Origin: Octopus vulgaris
Taxonomy: Eukaryota
Assembly: GCA_951406725.2 (NCBI GenBank)
Contig: OX597820.1
Span: 115,320,001 to 115,384,000, forward strand
Direction of reading: 5' to 3'
DNA: 64,000 nt
Shown: piece by piece, positions 52,804 through 64,000 of the stretch
How the letters are laid out: every line of letters begins with the position of its first letter
How positions within the stretch are numbered: position 1 is the stretch's first letter
The notes under the pieces: generated by a model
The model's database searches: none
What the model saw: the letters and a program-made list of their open reading frames with translations, nothing else
Told to the model about the DNA's origin: nothing
Program-made: the position numbers and the translations under genes

Positions 52804-54629
52804 TAAATTAATCAAAATAAAAACATGATGCCAAGGATTCAGCGGTACATATGTTTCGGGCCTTTATTAGACGGATTTATAACAATGCATAATGTGGCTA
52901 TTCTTCAGCTGCGCAACTACTACCTCAAGGACATGTATTACATCAAAAATTCTACGTTGGGGATGCAAATCCTCTCATTCGCGTATGACACAATGCGGCA
53001 ACAGCATAAAAATGAAGCGTCCATCTCGTCCTTCTCTCAATGTAGAATGAGGAAGTTTGGATGTTGAGGTAATATAAATAAATGAATAAATAAATATATA
53101 CATATATAAGTACAGACAGACGTGAAGGAACCTGGTAATAAGAGCAAATAGGGATAAAGATGGAGGGGCGAGAATACAGGACGAAGGATAAAAATATATA
53201 AAAAGTGTAAGTATAGAAAAATATAAAAATGTAGAGTATAAAGATATAAAGAGATATAAAAATATTAAAAAATATAAATGAATATAAAGGTATAAAGTTA
53301 TAAAAAAATAAAATTAAAAATAAAAACAAGGATAAGGGATATATAGTAGTTACGGACCAAACATGGTGGTCAGGAAAATGACAAATTCTGGTTGTAGAAG
53401 CTTTGGGTGTCATAAATCAACCGGGGCGTCTGGGGACCTAGTGTATTGTAAATTAGAGTTGTTGAGCCGCTTATCTAGTTCTTCGTAACGTATTAAGTGG
53501 TCATCATGTACATACGTATACGCCTGGATACATACACCATATACATGCGCACATATATGCAACTACACGCATACAAGCATACATACGTACTCTCGTATAA
53601 ACATATACAGATATATATGGAAAAAGGCGCATGTAGTTGGGTACACGAACCGACGCGCATACGTACGTACGTACATACATACACTCACATGCGTTCATAT
53701 AGGTGTAAGTGCGAGTGTGCCTATATGAACGCATGTGAGTGTATGTATGTACGTACATATGCGCGTCGGTTCGTGTACCCAACTACATGCGCCTTTTTCC
53801 ATATATATCTGTATATGTTTACACGAGAGTACGTATGTATGATTGTAGTTGCGTATGCGTGCGTATATGTGCGCGTGTATATGGGTGTATGTATCCAGGC
53901 GTGTATGTATGTACATGATGACCACTTAATACGTTACGAAGAACTAGATAAGCGGCTCAACAACTCTAATTTACAATACACTAGGTCCCCAGACGCCCCG
54001 GTTGATTTACGACACCCAAAGCTTCTACAACCAGAATTTGTCATTTTCCTGACCACCATGTTTGGTCCGTAACTACTATATATCCCTTATCCTTGTTTTT
54101 TATTTTTTATTTTATTTTTTTATAACTTTATACCTTTATATTCATTTATATTTTTTTATATTTTTTAATATTTTTTTATATCTCTTTATATCTTTATACT
54201 CTACATTTTTATATTTTTCTATACTTACACTTTTTATATATTTTTTTATCCTTCGTCCTGTATTCTTGCCCCTCCATCTTTATCCCAATTTGCTCTTATT
54301 ACCAGGTTCCTTCACGTCTGTCTGTACTTATATATGTATATATTTATTTATTCATTTATTTATATTACCTCAACATCCAAACTTCCTCATTCTACATTGA
54401 GAGAAGGACGAGATGAACGCTTCATTTTTATGCTGTTGCCGCATTGTGTCATACGCGAATGAGAGGATTTGCATCCCCAACGTAGAATTTTTGATGTAAT
54501 ACATGTCCTTGAGGTAGTAGTTGTGCGCGGCTGAAGAAGGCCACATTATGCATTGTTATAAATCCGTCTAATAAAGGCCCGAAACATATGTACCGCTGAA
54601 TCCTTGGCATCATGTTTTTATTTTGATTA

Positions 54630-54634
<5 letters not shown>
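52804..54634. mobile_element. 1.83-kb near-perfect palindrome with a terminal HHR in each arm
   Basis: Arms 52804-53703 / 53720-54634, 16-nt loop; HHR at 54527-54596 (+) and 52842-52912 (-). Confidence 0.9.
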
Positions 54635-54674
<40 letters not shown>

Positions 54675-55187
54675 CATATATATATACATACATACATACA
54701 TATACATGCATGCACACACACCCACACACACACCAACAGCTGCATCCTGGCTTCATTCAGTTGATAAAAATCAAGTATTCAAAATTTATGATTAAAAGTT
54801 TAACTGATTTTATACCAACCCGGCTGAAACCGGCTCTGGCTCTGTAGTACAAATGTCTTGTTTTCATAAGTTTTGAATTAAAATCTTCCACCAAACCTTA
54901 GTCATAATTTATGTTCCTAACACTAGCTTAATGATAACTAAGTCATTTTTCTTTGTTGTATTTAAAATTAATTGAAAGAAACACAGAGCATCTCAACAGA
55001 AATACAGTAACGAAAGGGTTAAGGATTTTAGCAGACTTCTCTCTCTGTATGTGTGCGTGTACACACACACAGAAAACTAGATATCAGTAATTCTCTAAAA
55101 ACTCTCCAGTTGTCCCTATAAACAGTAATTCAATACTCCTCAAACAGTCCTGCGAACGTTCATCTAGCAATCTTTCAACAGACTTTT

Positions 55188-55936
55188 TAATGATGATGGT
55201 GATGATGATAAAGATGGTGACAGTGATGATGATGACAATGATGAAAAAGATGGTGATGATGATGATGACAATGATAATGATGAGTGATGGTGATGATGAT
55301 GATGGTAATGAAGATGATGATGATGATGAAGTCATGTAACAACAGTCTTTTGACTGTCATTCTAACAATCTCCAGCAGACTTCTAAGTTTTATAAGAGAC
55401 ACACTCTTGTAATTAACAGCATGTCTAATAAACCTTTCACTAATTATTACATCTGAAACCAATTATTATATAATTGGAATGATTTCTCACATAAAAAGTA
55501 TCATCCGTGCTGGCGCCACAAAAGGCACGTGTGCCAGTGCCATAGAGAAAAGGGGACTGATGCCACATAGGAAGCACTCATGATGGTGCCACATAAAAGG
55601 CACCCACTACACTCTGTAAAGTGGTTGGCATGTTAGGAAGGGCCTCTAGCTGTAGAAAGCATGCCAAAGCAGACAATTGGGGCCTGGGTGAAGTTCTCTG
55701 GTTTGCCAGCATGGAGAACAGATGACGATGATGATGATAAAGATGGTGATGGCGATGATGATGATGATGACAATGATGATAAAAATGGTGATGGTAATGA
55801 TAGAGAGGATGATGATGATAATGATGATGATGATAGCAATGACTGATGATAAAGATGGTGATGGCAATGATGATGGTGATGATGGTGATGATGTGATGAT
55901 GACAATGCTGATGATGACAATGATGATGATGATGAT
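55188..55936. repeat. Degenerate (GAT)n tracts (55188-55335, 55720-55936) around an RTE-SINE remnant
   Basis: Direct reading. Confidence 0.85.
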
Positions 55937-57196
55937 AGTTTTATTTTTTATTAGTTGAATTACTGTGAGCTTGATGTAAATCAATAACAAAGGACTTGTG
56001 AGTTTGTACTGCTACTGTTGACATTGATGTTTGGAAGTGTTGGCTAAGTTTACCTTGCAAAGTGTGTTAAACATTAGTACTCAACAAACACGGAGACAAT
56101 AAACAGTCAAAAACAGGAGTAAAGGAGGAGGGGGAAGAGGAGGAAGAATGAAATGAACAAAGTGAGAAAGAGAGAGGAAGAAAAAGAAAGAGAGAAGATA
56201 AAAATGAGTGAGAGGAAAAGGGAGAGGGGAAGGAAAGAGAAGAGAGAAAGAAAGAAGTAGGGAGTGGAAGGAAGAGGTAGTAAAGAAGAAATAGGCGATG
56301 TGTGATGTGTGTTGAATTTAATATGCCAATGGTAACAGGATCCTTGTGTAGTCAAGTGCTACTTTGTTTCAGAGCCCAGCAGATCTTAATAGGGCAGACA
56401 CACCCAATATTGAGGTGTGTGTTTGCATGTGTGGTGGCGTCGGGGCTTGTTTGTGCAATGAGTCAGGGGGAAAATTTCTTTAGACAAATATTCCTTACTA
56501 AAAATTTTTGGCTTTTCCCTAATTTTGTCAAATTTCTGTTAAATATATATAAATTACAGAGGTGCAGATATGGCTGTGCAGTGAAGAAGTGTGTGTGTGT
56601 GTGTGTGGTTCAAAATTATGCAACAAACGAGAAACAAAGGGAGACAGGTGAGGAAACAATAAACAAGGTGTAATACTTTGATACTCAGGTAAAATGAGAG
56701 AAGTCTTTGACATTTCCTGCCTATGTTCTTCTACAGAAAAGAACAAGGAGAGAAAGCAGATGGGAAGAGGAAAAAAAACAGAGAGAATATATATATATCC
56801 CTTTCGAAATTACCCTTAATAGTGGTTTGTAGTTTAACTACTCTTTCTAGCGAGTCAGATGTCCTGTTATGGCCATTTCTTATGTGTTTAAATGCACACT
56901 GTATTTTTATATGAATAATATATAGTCTATTGACTAATCTTTCCTTCTCGCTACACCACTGGTAGCAAAGAATTTTTCTTAAAATTTTTGCTACCCTAAG
57001 ATTTATTAATATATATATACAAAATAAGAAAATGATTTCTTTCAATCATCAACTTCCAGATAATACCAATTCATATGATTTATTAACTAATTATTTAGAT
57101 TAAATAGGAACATCCAAATCCAACAGAATAAGACAGAATAAAACAATATACATCAATAAGTAAGATAATACCATAAGAATAATACATATAAAATGG

Positions 57197-57324
57197 ATCT
57201 TACAGCTGTTTCAGCCTGTAGATAAGAGTATCTCATTATGCCCATATTAGTCAGATGTATTGAGGTAATATGCAGTTAAAAATGAGTTACTTATATATAC
57301 ATATCTCAAGGCCTCATCAGAGAT
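57197..57324 (-). ncRNA. Type-I hammerhead ribozyme motif with long stem-II insert
   Basis: ATCT-CTGATGA-GGCCT(~90 nt)AGGCT-GAAA-CAGCTG-TA-AGAT; inside an element with short inverted ends (~57016-57075 / 57605-57675). Confidence 0.78.
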
Positions 57325-57877
57325 TATAAAGTACAATTATAAAGATATAAAATGCAAATATGAATATTAAACAAGGTACACATATACAAGAATATGCATA
57401 TATACATATAAGTGTATATACATATACATATATATAAGTATATACATAATAATATACATACACATAAGGTTACAGTTAATCAGATCTATATACTGGAATA
57501 TACATATATATCCACATCGAAGTGTACATATACAAAGTCCAAAGTTCATTGTATTACATTACTAAAAACTATTATTATTATTATTAATAATACCAATAAA
57601 GGAATATGTGTGAATTGGTATTATCTGTAAGTTGATGATTGAAAGAAATCTATTCCTCCATTTTCTTATTTTGTGTTATGAATTTGCGGTAAAACATTTT
57701 ACCTTCGCCCATATAATACAATAAATGAATTAATTGCATTGCAATTCTTAGCATTTATGTATTAGCCTTCTGGGTACTTTACTGGCAGTATATTGGATAA
57801 ATGATATCCCATAGTGGGTTACACTCATAACCCCTATCTCACTTTGTACTTTTAATATATATATATATATATATATA

Positions 57878-58730
57878 GTGAGAATTTACAAAAGAAACAA
57901 AAGATGAAGACAAGTGGTGTAAAAAACAAACAGATGTATTAGTTTAATGCTCGGGAAATGAGAAAGTCTTTTACGTTTCGAGCCTATGTTCTTCAACAGA
58001 AAGGAACACTGAAATGAACAGGGAGAGAAAATAATAATAGTTTAGTGGCTAGGGATCTATCATGGCAAATGCCGAACAGAGGAATCACACAGGAGAGCTC
58101 GGAAGAAGGGGAGATAATAAAGTAGAGGTGATCCTAAAACGAAGGTGCACGTGTGTATGTGAGAGTGTGTATGTGCATGTGGAAGGGGGCTGGTGACATT
58201 GACGTGTGCATGTGTAGGTGTGTGGATGATAGTGTAGGTGCTGGGAAGTGGTCAGTGCTAGTGTGTGCAGGGTGGTGTGATGTGGTGTGGTATGGTGGTG
58301 TGGTGTGATGGTGTGAGGTGTGGTGGTGTTGGGATGGGGAAGGTGAGAGTGGGGGAAGCGAGGGTGGTGGTCTAAAGGATGGGGTGGGATGAGATGTATA
58401 GGGATAGTGGGGTTGGAATGTGTAGGGGTAGGGTAACGCAGGAGGGGGTGATGATGAAGGGAGAGGGTGGAAGGGAGAAGGTGGGTAGGAGTGAAGAGAG
58501 GAAGTGGGTGCCTGAACAAGATAGAAGAGGTGGGTGGGAGGAAGCAGGTGTGAGAGGAAGAGAGGAGAGAAGAGGAAGGTTAGATGAAAAGGGGAGGAGA
58601 GTTGAGCCCATGTGGTGCAAAAGAGCTAAGAGAGAAGATTAATCTCTGCTCACGGCAAAGATGGGAGTCTGAATGATCCCTGTGCAAGGACAATCTGAAG
58701 ACAGACAATTGTTGTTAAGAGTGACCAGGA
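57878..58730 (-). mobile_element. Penelope-like element 3' fragment: GIY-YIG tail + pLTR with HHR variant (57968-58003)
   Basis: GHS*QQLSVFRLSLHRDHSDSHLCREQRLIFSLSSFAPHGLN (E..I..L....P.GLN GIY-YIG end) at 58598-58726. Confidence 0.8.
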
Positions 58731-58834
58731 GCTACAGTAGAAAGGAAGGATCTAGAGCAGAAAGGAAGGATCTACAGTAGAAGGGAAGGAATGACAGTAG
58801 TTGTAAGAGGGTAAGAGTAACTGAAGTGACTTAC

Positions 58835-58991
58835 ATTATTGAGCAGTTGAATGAGGGAACCAATCAAAATAAAAGCACCATGAATGCAACCGCATGGAGC
58901 GAAGAAAAGAAAATAGATGAAGTTGGCGTGATTGAGGTAGCCACAGCAGGTGTTAATCCAGGGACAGTGATGATCCATTTTCATTACACAC
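58835..58991 (-). CDS. ZDHHC6: ZDHHC6 exon with catalytic DHHC motif (R-CVMKMDHHCPWINTCCGYLNHANFIYFLFFAPCGCIHGAFILIGSLIQLLNN)
   Basis: cag/gtaagt; DHHCPWIN motif; phase consistent. Confidence 0.97.
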
Positions 58992-59035
58992 CTGCAATTA
59001 GAAACAATTAATATAACAAAAACTCAATAAAGATG

Positions 59036-59503
59036 TTACGTTTATATATTTGTTTTGCAAGATTCTTAATGTGAATTCATGTGTTGAAACAGATATTGCT
59101 GTATTTGGGGAGGGTCATGTTGCCAGTTTAGCCAATAAAAACACACACACTATATATTTGGTGTTCACTTGCTTCAGCTTTTTTTTTATATTAATCCTAT
59201 TTCGGCCAGAGTTCTTTCATCACACTTCTGTGACCTCATCAGTGGTCCTTTGCTTTCTTCTTTCTTCTGTATATGTGTTTCTCCTTACTAATGATATGCA
59301 AAAGGATCTACAAAAGAGCAGATCATTAGTAAGGAGAGACACACACATAAAAAAGAAAGAAGAAAGCAAAGGACCAGAGGTCACAGAGGTGTGATGAAAG
59401 AATATGATTAATATAAAATAAATCTGAAGCAAGTGAACACCAAACATATAGTGCGTGTGTTTTTATTGGCTAAACTGGCAACATGACCATCCCCAAATAC
59501 ATT
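59036..59503 (-). mobile_element. Fold-back element with HHR core on one arm
   Basis: Arms 59100-59299 / 59318-59501; AATAAAGATG repeated at 59026 and 59504; CTGATGA-GGTCA..TGGCC-GAAA on minus 59200-59242. Confidence 0.8.
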
Positions 59504-60739
59504 AATAAAGATGATATAAAATCAAATAGATAATTAGTGATACCGTTAGAGAAATAGCACAGTCACATGGGAGGAATCTACTCAGGGTAACACCTTTATG
59601 AGGGTAGCCCTTTTGGGTCTGCTATATACACTTGTAAATAAGGCGGCGAGCTGACAGACACGTTAGCGTGCCGGGCAAAATGCTTAGTGATATTTCGTCT
59701 GTCGTTATGTTTTGAGTTCAAATTCCACCGAGGTCGACTTTGCCTTTCATCCTTTCGGGGTCGATAAATTAAGTACCAGTTACGCACTGGAGTCGATGTA
59801 ATCGACTTAATCCCTTTGTCTGTCCTTGTTTGTTCCCTCTATGTTTAGCCCCTTGTGGGCAATAAAGAAATATATATATACACTTGTAAATAGGGGTGAA
59901 GTTAGGCAGCAAACTGAAGGGTCGCTCCTGGAGGCACAAAATCAAGCCACACCACTTTATTAGAGTTAGTGAATGTCTGTGGCAGATAAGAACTCAGAAA
60001 TTATGTTTTGTTCCAATTCTTCATTCACTTTCTTTGCTCAACCTCCAACAATAATAAATAAAACGGTTTGGAATAAATGAAGCACTTTGCGGATAAAGGA
60101 CTGACTTGCTGACTCCATGGAGGCACAGGTGTGGATGTGTGGCAAGATGTTTGCTTTCCACCTGCATGGATTCTTCAGGTTCAGTCCTACTGCGTGGCAC
60201 CTTGGGCAAGTTTCTTCTTCTACAGCCTCAAGTCAACTAAAGACTTGAGAGCAGACTTGGCAGACGGAAACTAAAAAGCCTTTCGTATACATTTGTGTGT
60301 GTGAGTGTGAGTGTGTGTGTGTGTCGAGAAAGAGAGACAGGTGAGACTGATACAGACCACCTCTTTCCAAAGGTAAAAATGGGTTTGCGTAAGACCAACA
60401 CCACCCCTACCAAGACAGAATGCAAAGTTAGAGAAGCATCGATGACAATCCCAAACCAACAAGACTTGGGAGAGGAAGACAACCCAAAGACAAAAACAGA
60501 GGAGAGATGTCGTCAAAGGCCTGTGCTCCATAAGCAGCAAATGGCTTAATTATGTTATGCTGATGCATTAATTAAATATCAGCTCCAGTCTCTTTTAAAA
60601 TATGATAATTTTTGACAACATGGGTATACTAGTGTGCATGTGAGTGTATTGTGGGGGGGGCGGGGATCATAAATGTATGAATGTATTTTAATGGGAATTG
60701 GTGACAATTCAAAAGAAGACTGAAAGAATATTTGATTAC

Positions 60740-60831
60740 CTTTTACACTTCCGGCAATGGTGAGATCGAGGTGCTTTGTGACCCTTACATTCTACACAAT
60801 ATTGTAAAAATTTCTCCTCACCAGCAACTTT
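60740..60831 (-). CDS. ZDHHC6: ZDHHC6 exon, first half of DHHC cysteine-rich domain (KVAGEEKFLQYCVECKGHKAPRSHHCRKCK)
   Basis: cag/gtaatc sites; LQYCxxCxxxKAPRSHHCRKC as in ZDHHC6; N-terminal exons not seen, presumably beyond window end. Confidence 0.95.
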
Positions 60832-61324
60832 CTGAAAAACAAAATATTTTGGAATATTAATAAGAGAACGAAAACTACAGTTACTGTACTTATAACATAT
60901 TTATAAAGAAGGTGCATGGCTCAGTGGTTAGAGTGCCGGGCTCACAATCATGAGGTAGTGGCACGTAAAAGGCACCCACTACACTCTCAGAGTGGTTGGC
61001 ATTAGGAAGGGCATCCAGCTGTAGAAACTCTGCCAGATCAGATTGGAGCTTGGTGCAGCCATCTGGTTCACCAGTCCTCAGTCAAATCATCCAACCCATG
61101 CAAGCATGGAAAATGGACATTAAATGATAATGATGATGATATCTGCATAAAATCCTAGGAAAACTGGAATTCTCCAAAAAAGAACCAAACAAACTGATTT
61201 GTATTCTCTAAATACAATTGATTAAGGTCATAGCGAAAGTTTCTAAAACATTCCAGGGATTCTCCATTTGAGGTTCCAACTGCATGCATACAATCACATC
61301 ACATGGATGGAATATGTACACACA

Positions 61325-61635
61325 TCTCTATATATATAAATGGCAAAATGTCTGTCTGTGTGTGTGTGTCCTTTATACAAATCCACAATTTTTCAGTTGG
61401 AGGGCTTGCACTTTCTATGGTCATTCAAAACCGTCCAAGGGTGGTCATGCACATCTTTACATTTCCCCAGTCACCCCGCAAAGCCATTAAAAAATCAATA
61501 GAAGTGACTTTTTTGTGAAATTTCTATCCAAAACCCAATCAAAATGCCTGAAACTTGTTACGCCAATTGAATGCCAGCTAGCTGTATATGTATGCACTAG
61601 CCCTATGACTCGGCGTTGCCAGGTCATAGGGCTAG
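61325..61635 (+). mobile_element. Non-autonomous Helitron with palindromic 3' end
   Basis: A|TCTCTATATATATAAATGG 5' end; CTAG|T at 61632-61636. Confidence 0.75.
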
Positions 61636-64000
61636 TAAACAATAATGAAGTGTGCACACACACAAACACACACATTTGTGTACTAAAGTGACTTGGACAC
61701 CCACTGCATGAGTGCTGGTTTATCCACACACACACACCGATTCAGAATAAATGCACAATGGCAACGATGACACTGTATATAAGAGAAGTCTTTATTGTAT
61801 TTATTTGAAAAGGTTCCACTGCACTTGCTTTGGGGAAAGGCATGATTATCACAACTTGTGAAGCTAATTCCCCATTGATAAGCAGTGCTGCTTCTGCACA
61901 AGAAAGCAGGCAAGTGACAGGCATTTGTTCCTGTTTGGTTCTGTTTGGCAGACTTAAGATGAATTAGATAAATCGATGCAATACGAGGAATGAGAGCAGA
62001 ACAGAAAGCAAAGAGACTGAGAGGGGGGAGAGTGAGTGAGAGAGAGAGTGAGAAAGAGAGAGTGGGAGAAAGAGAGAGTGAGAGAGAGAGAGAGAGAAAG
62101 AACCATAAAGAGAGAAGGCATTGTTGCCTTTGATAGAAACAGCAGACTCATCTTCGTTTGAGATTAGTTTAGGCTGATTTCATTGATTACCAATCAGAGT
62201 AAACTAGTAACTAGTAATCAGGTTTGGTGCTAACATATTTAATGCAGTGACCCAAGAAGTTTTTAATATGATTAAAATTGCACGCATATTGATGAGGGGA
62301 GAAAAACCATTAGTTTAATGATTGATTCTGGGGTTAGAATATCAGGGTAGATAACTCAAAATGTTGAGTAATTAAAATTAATTAGAAATAAAATATGCAT
62401 AATATAATTAATGAGGGCAGTGAGATCATCATCATCATCATCGATTAACGTCTGCTTTCCATGCTAGCATGGGTTGGACGATTTGACTGAGGTCTGGTGA
62501 ACCAGATTCCAATCTGATCTGGCAGAGTTTCTACAGCTGGATGCCCTTCCTAATGCCAACCACTCTGAGAGTGTAGTGGGTGCTGCTTTTACATGCCACG
62601 CCCAAATGGTGCTTTTTATGTGCCACCTGCACAGGAGCCAGTCCAGCGGCACTGGTGATGACCTCGCTCGAATGTTTCATGTGCCACCAACATAAGTGCT
62701 AGTAAGGCGATGTGGTAATGATCACACTTGTTTTTTTTTATATTTTACTTGTTTCAGTCACTGGATTGTGGCCATGGTGGAGCATTGCTTTGAAAGGATT
62801 TTGTCGAGCAAATCAATCTCAGGAATTATTTTTTAAGTCTAGTGCCTATTCTGTCAGTTTCTTTTGCCAAATTGTTATGTGAACATAAACAAACCAACAC
62901 CAGTGCTAAGTTACAAGGACATAAACAAACCAACACCATTTGTCAAACAGCGGTAGGAAGACAAACACATCACCACACACACACATATATATATGACAGG
63001 CTTCTTTCAGTTTCCATCTGCCAAATCCACTTAGAAGACTTTGGTTGACCCAAGGCTACAGTAGAAGATACCTGCCCAAGTTGCCACACAGTGGGACTGA
63101 ACCCGGAACCATGTGGTTGGGAAGCAAACTTCTTACCACACAGCCATGCCTGGAACATGTTTTATATATACACACACCAACAGATCATCTTCTACAAGTT
63201 TTTTGCTGTTTACCAAACTTCACTTCGAAGCTGTTCAAGACCAAAGACCGACTCTTGTATGAGACATAATATGTTAAAGACTGAAGCGAATGGGACCAAA
63301 TGATTGCAAAGTAAACATCTTCACCATGTATTAAGGAAAAAATGTCGGTTAATTAAATAAACAACTGTTGGAGTAATTAATTAAATTAATATTTTTCACT
63401 CATTGAAGAAGGGAGCTTTTGTTCTGACTGTCTCCCATATCTGGTTGCATCGACCATATGCCAATGTTCACAGGAAACCAGTTGGAGTTTTATTATTCAA
63501 AAACAAAACAATTCTGTTTCTGTCTGCAAACAATTCTTTTACAAACGTCCGGTTCTCAAAGCTGTCTTGGAAGATAATTGAGAAATCTACTTCAGATTTC
63601 ACTTAAAAAGAGATTTGGTTCAATTGTTTCTAAATAAATAAACCCGTCCATTAAGTACACCAGCCAGAGCCTGTAAATCATCATCATCATCATCATCATT
63701 TAAAATATCCTCTTTTCCAGGCTTGCATGGGTTGGGTGGGGTTTATAGAGACAGATTAGCTCCAGTTTGATGATCTTCCTGTCACCAACCCTCACACGTT
63801 AGCAAGCAAAGAAATATTTCCCCATGGCCAAACATGTTTTGCCTAGAATATTGGAAATGAAGGACATGCCTTTACAACAATTATGGGATGCCAAGACAAA
63901 GAGGCACAAATACACACACACAGACACACACACACAATGGGCTTGTTTCAATTTCCTGTCACAAGGCTTCAGTCAGCCCAGGGCCAAAGATGCCACACAT

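Noticed and set aside
53497-54400. ORFs inside the large palindrome
   Set aside because: Low-complexity and mirrored; at most a faint, unassignable PLE ORF tail.
55084-55990. Poly-His/Ser/Asp ORFs
   Set aside because: Translations of degenerate (GAT)n tracts.
58731-58800. 20-bp triplicate (CTACAGTAGAAAGGAAGGAT) near the DHHC exon donor
   Set aside because: Ordinary short tandem duplication at a TE junction; no further signal.
63403-63606. Candidate upstream ZDHHC6 exon
   Set aside because: Neither the listed + ORF nor the minus frame I translated resembles the ZDHHC6 N-terminus (HWGP, GPGFVP..W.P); splice sites unconvincing.

Overview
Eukaryotic, AT-rich, microsatellite- and transposon-dense genomic DNA. 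The SINE families and gene style suggest a coleoid cephalopod, probably Octopus (inference). Two convergent spliced genes can be assembled by hand with consistent GT-AG phases. The first is the 3' part of a TMC7-like transmembrane channel gene on + (7 exons, 1469-13453, CWET signature). The second is most of a ZDHHC6 palmitoyltransferase gene on - (8 exons, 60831 down to 36737; DHHC domain, SH3-like tail, C-terminal KKxx). Nearly all long ORFs in the supplied track are microsatellite or tandem-repeat artefacts, or TE fragments (R4/Dong, RTE, Penelope, Gypsy, Helitron, mariner). The most striking unexplained layer is a dense set of minimal type-I hammerhead ribozyme (HHR) motifs. They belong to at least 7 unrelated sequence families, most have a palindromic stem III, and most sit in fold-back (inverted-repeat) Penelope-like elements inside introns. 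Examples are a 1.83-kb near-perfect palindrome and a family whose HHR lies downstream of a tRNA-derived Pol III promoter. A ~30 x 61-bp GC-rich array has also expanded inside an RTE LINE 3' UTR. All structure calls are by eye, no ribozyme activity is demonstrated, and TE boundaries are approximate.
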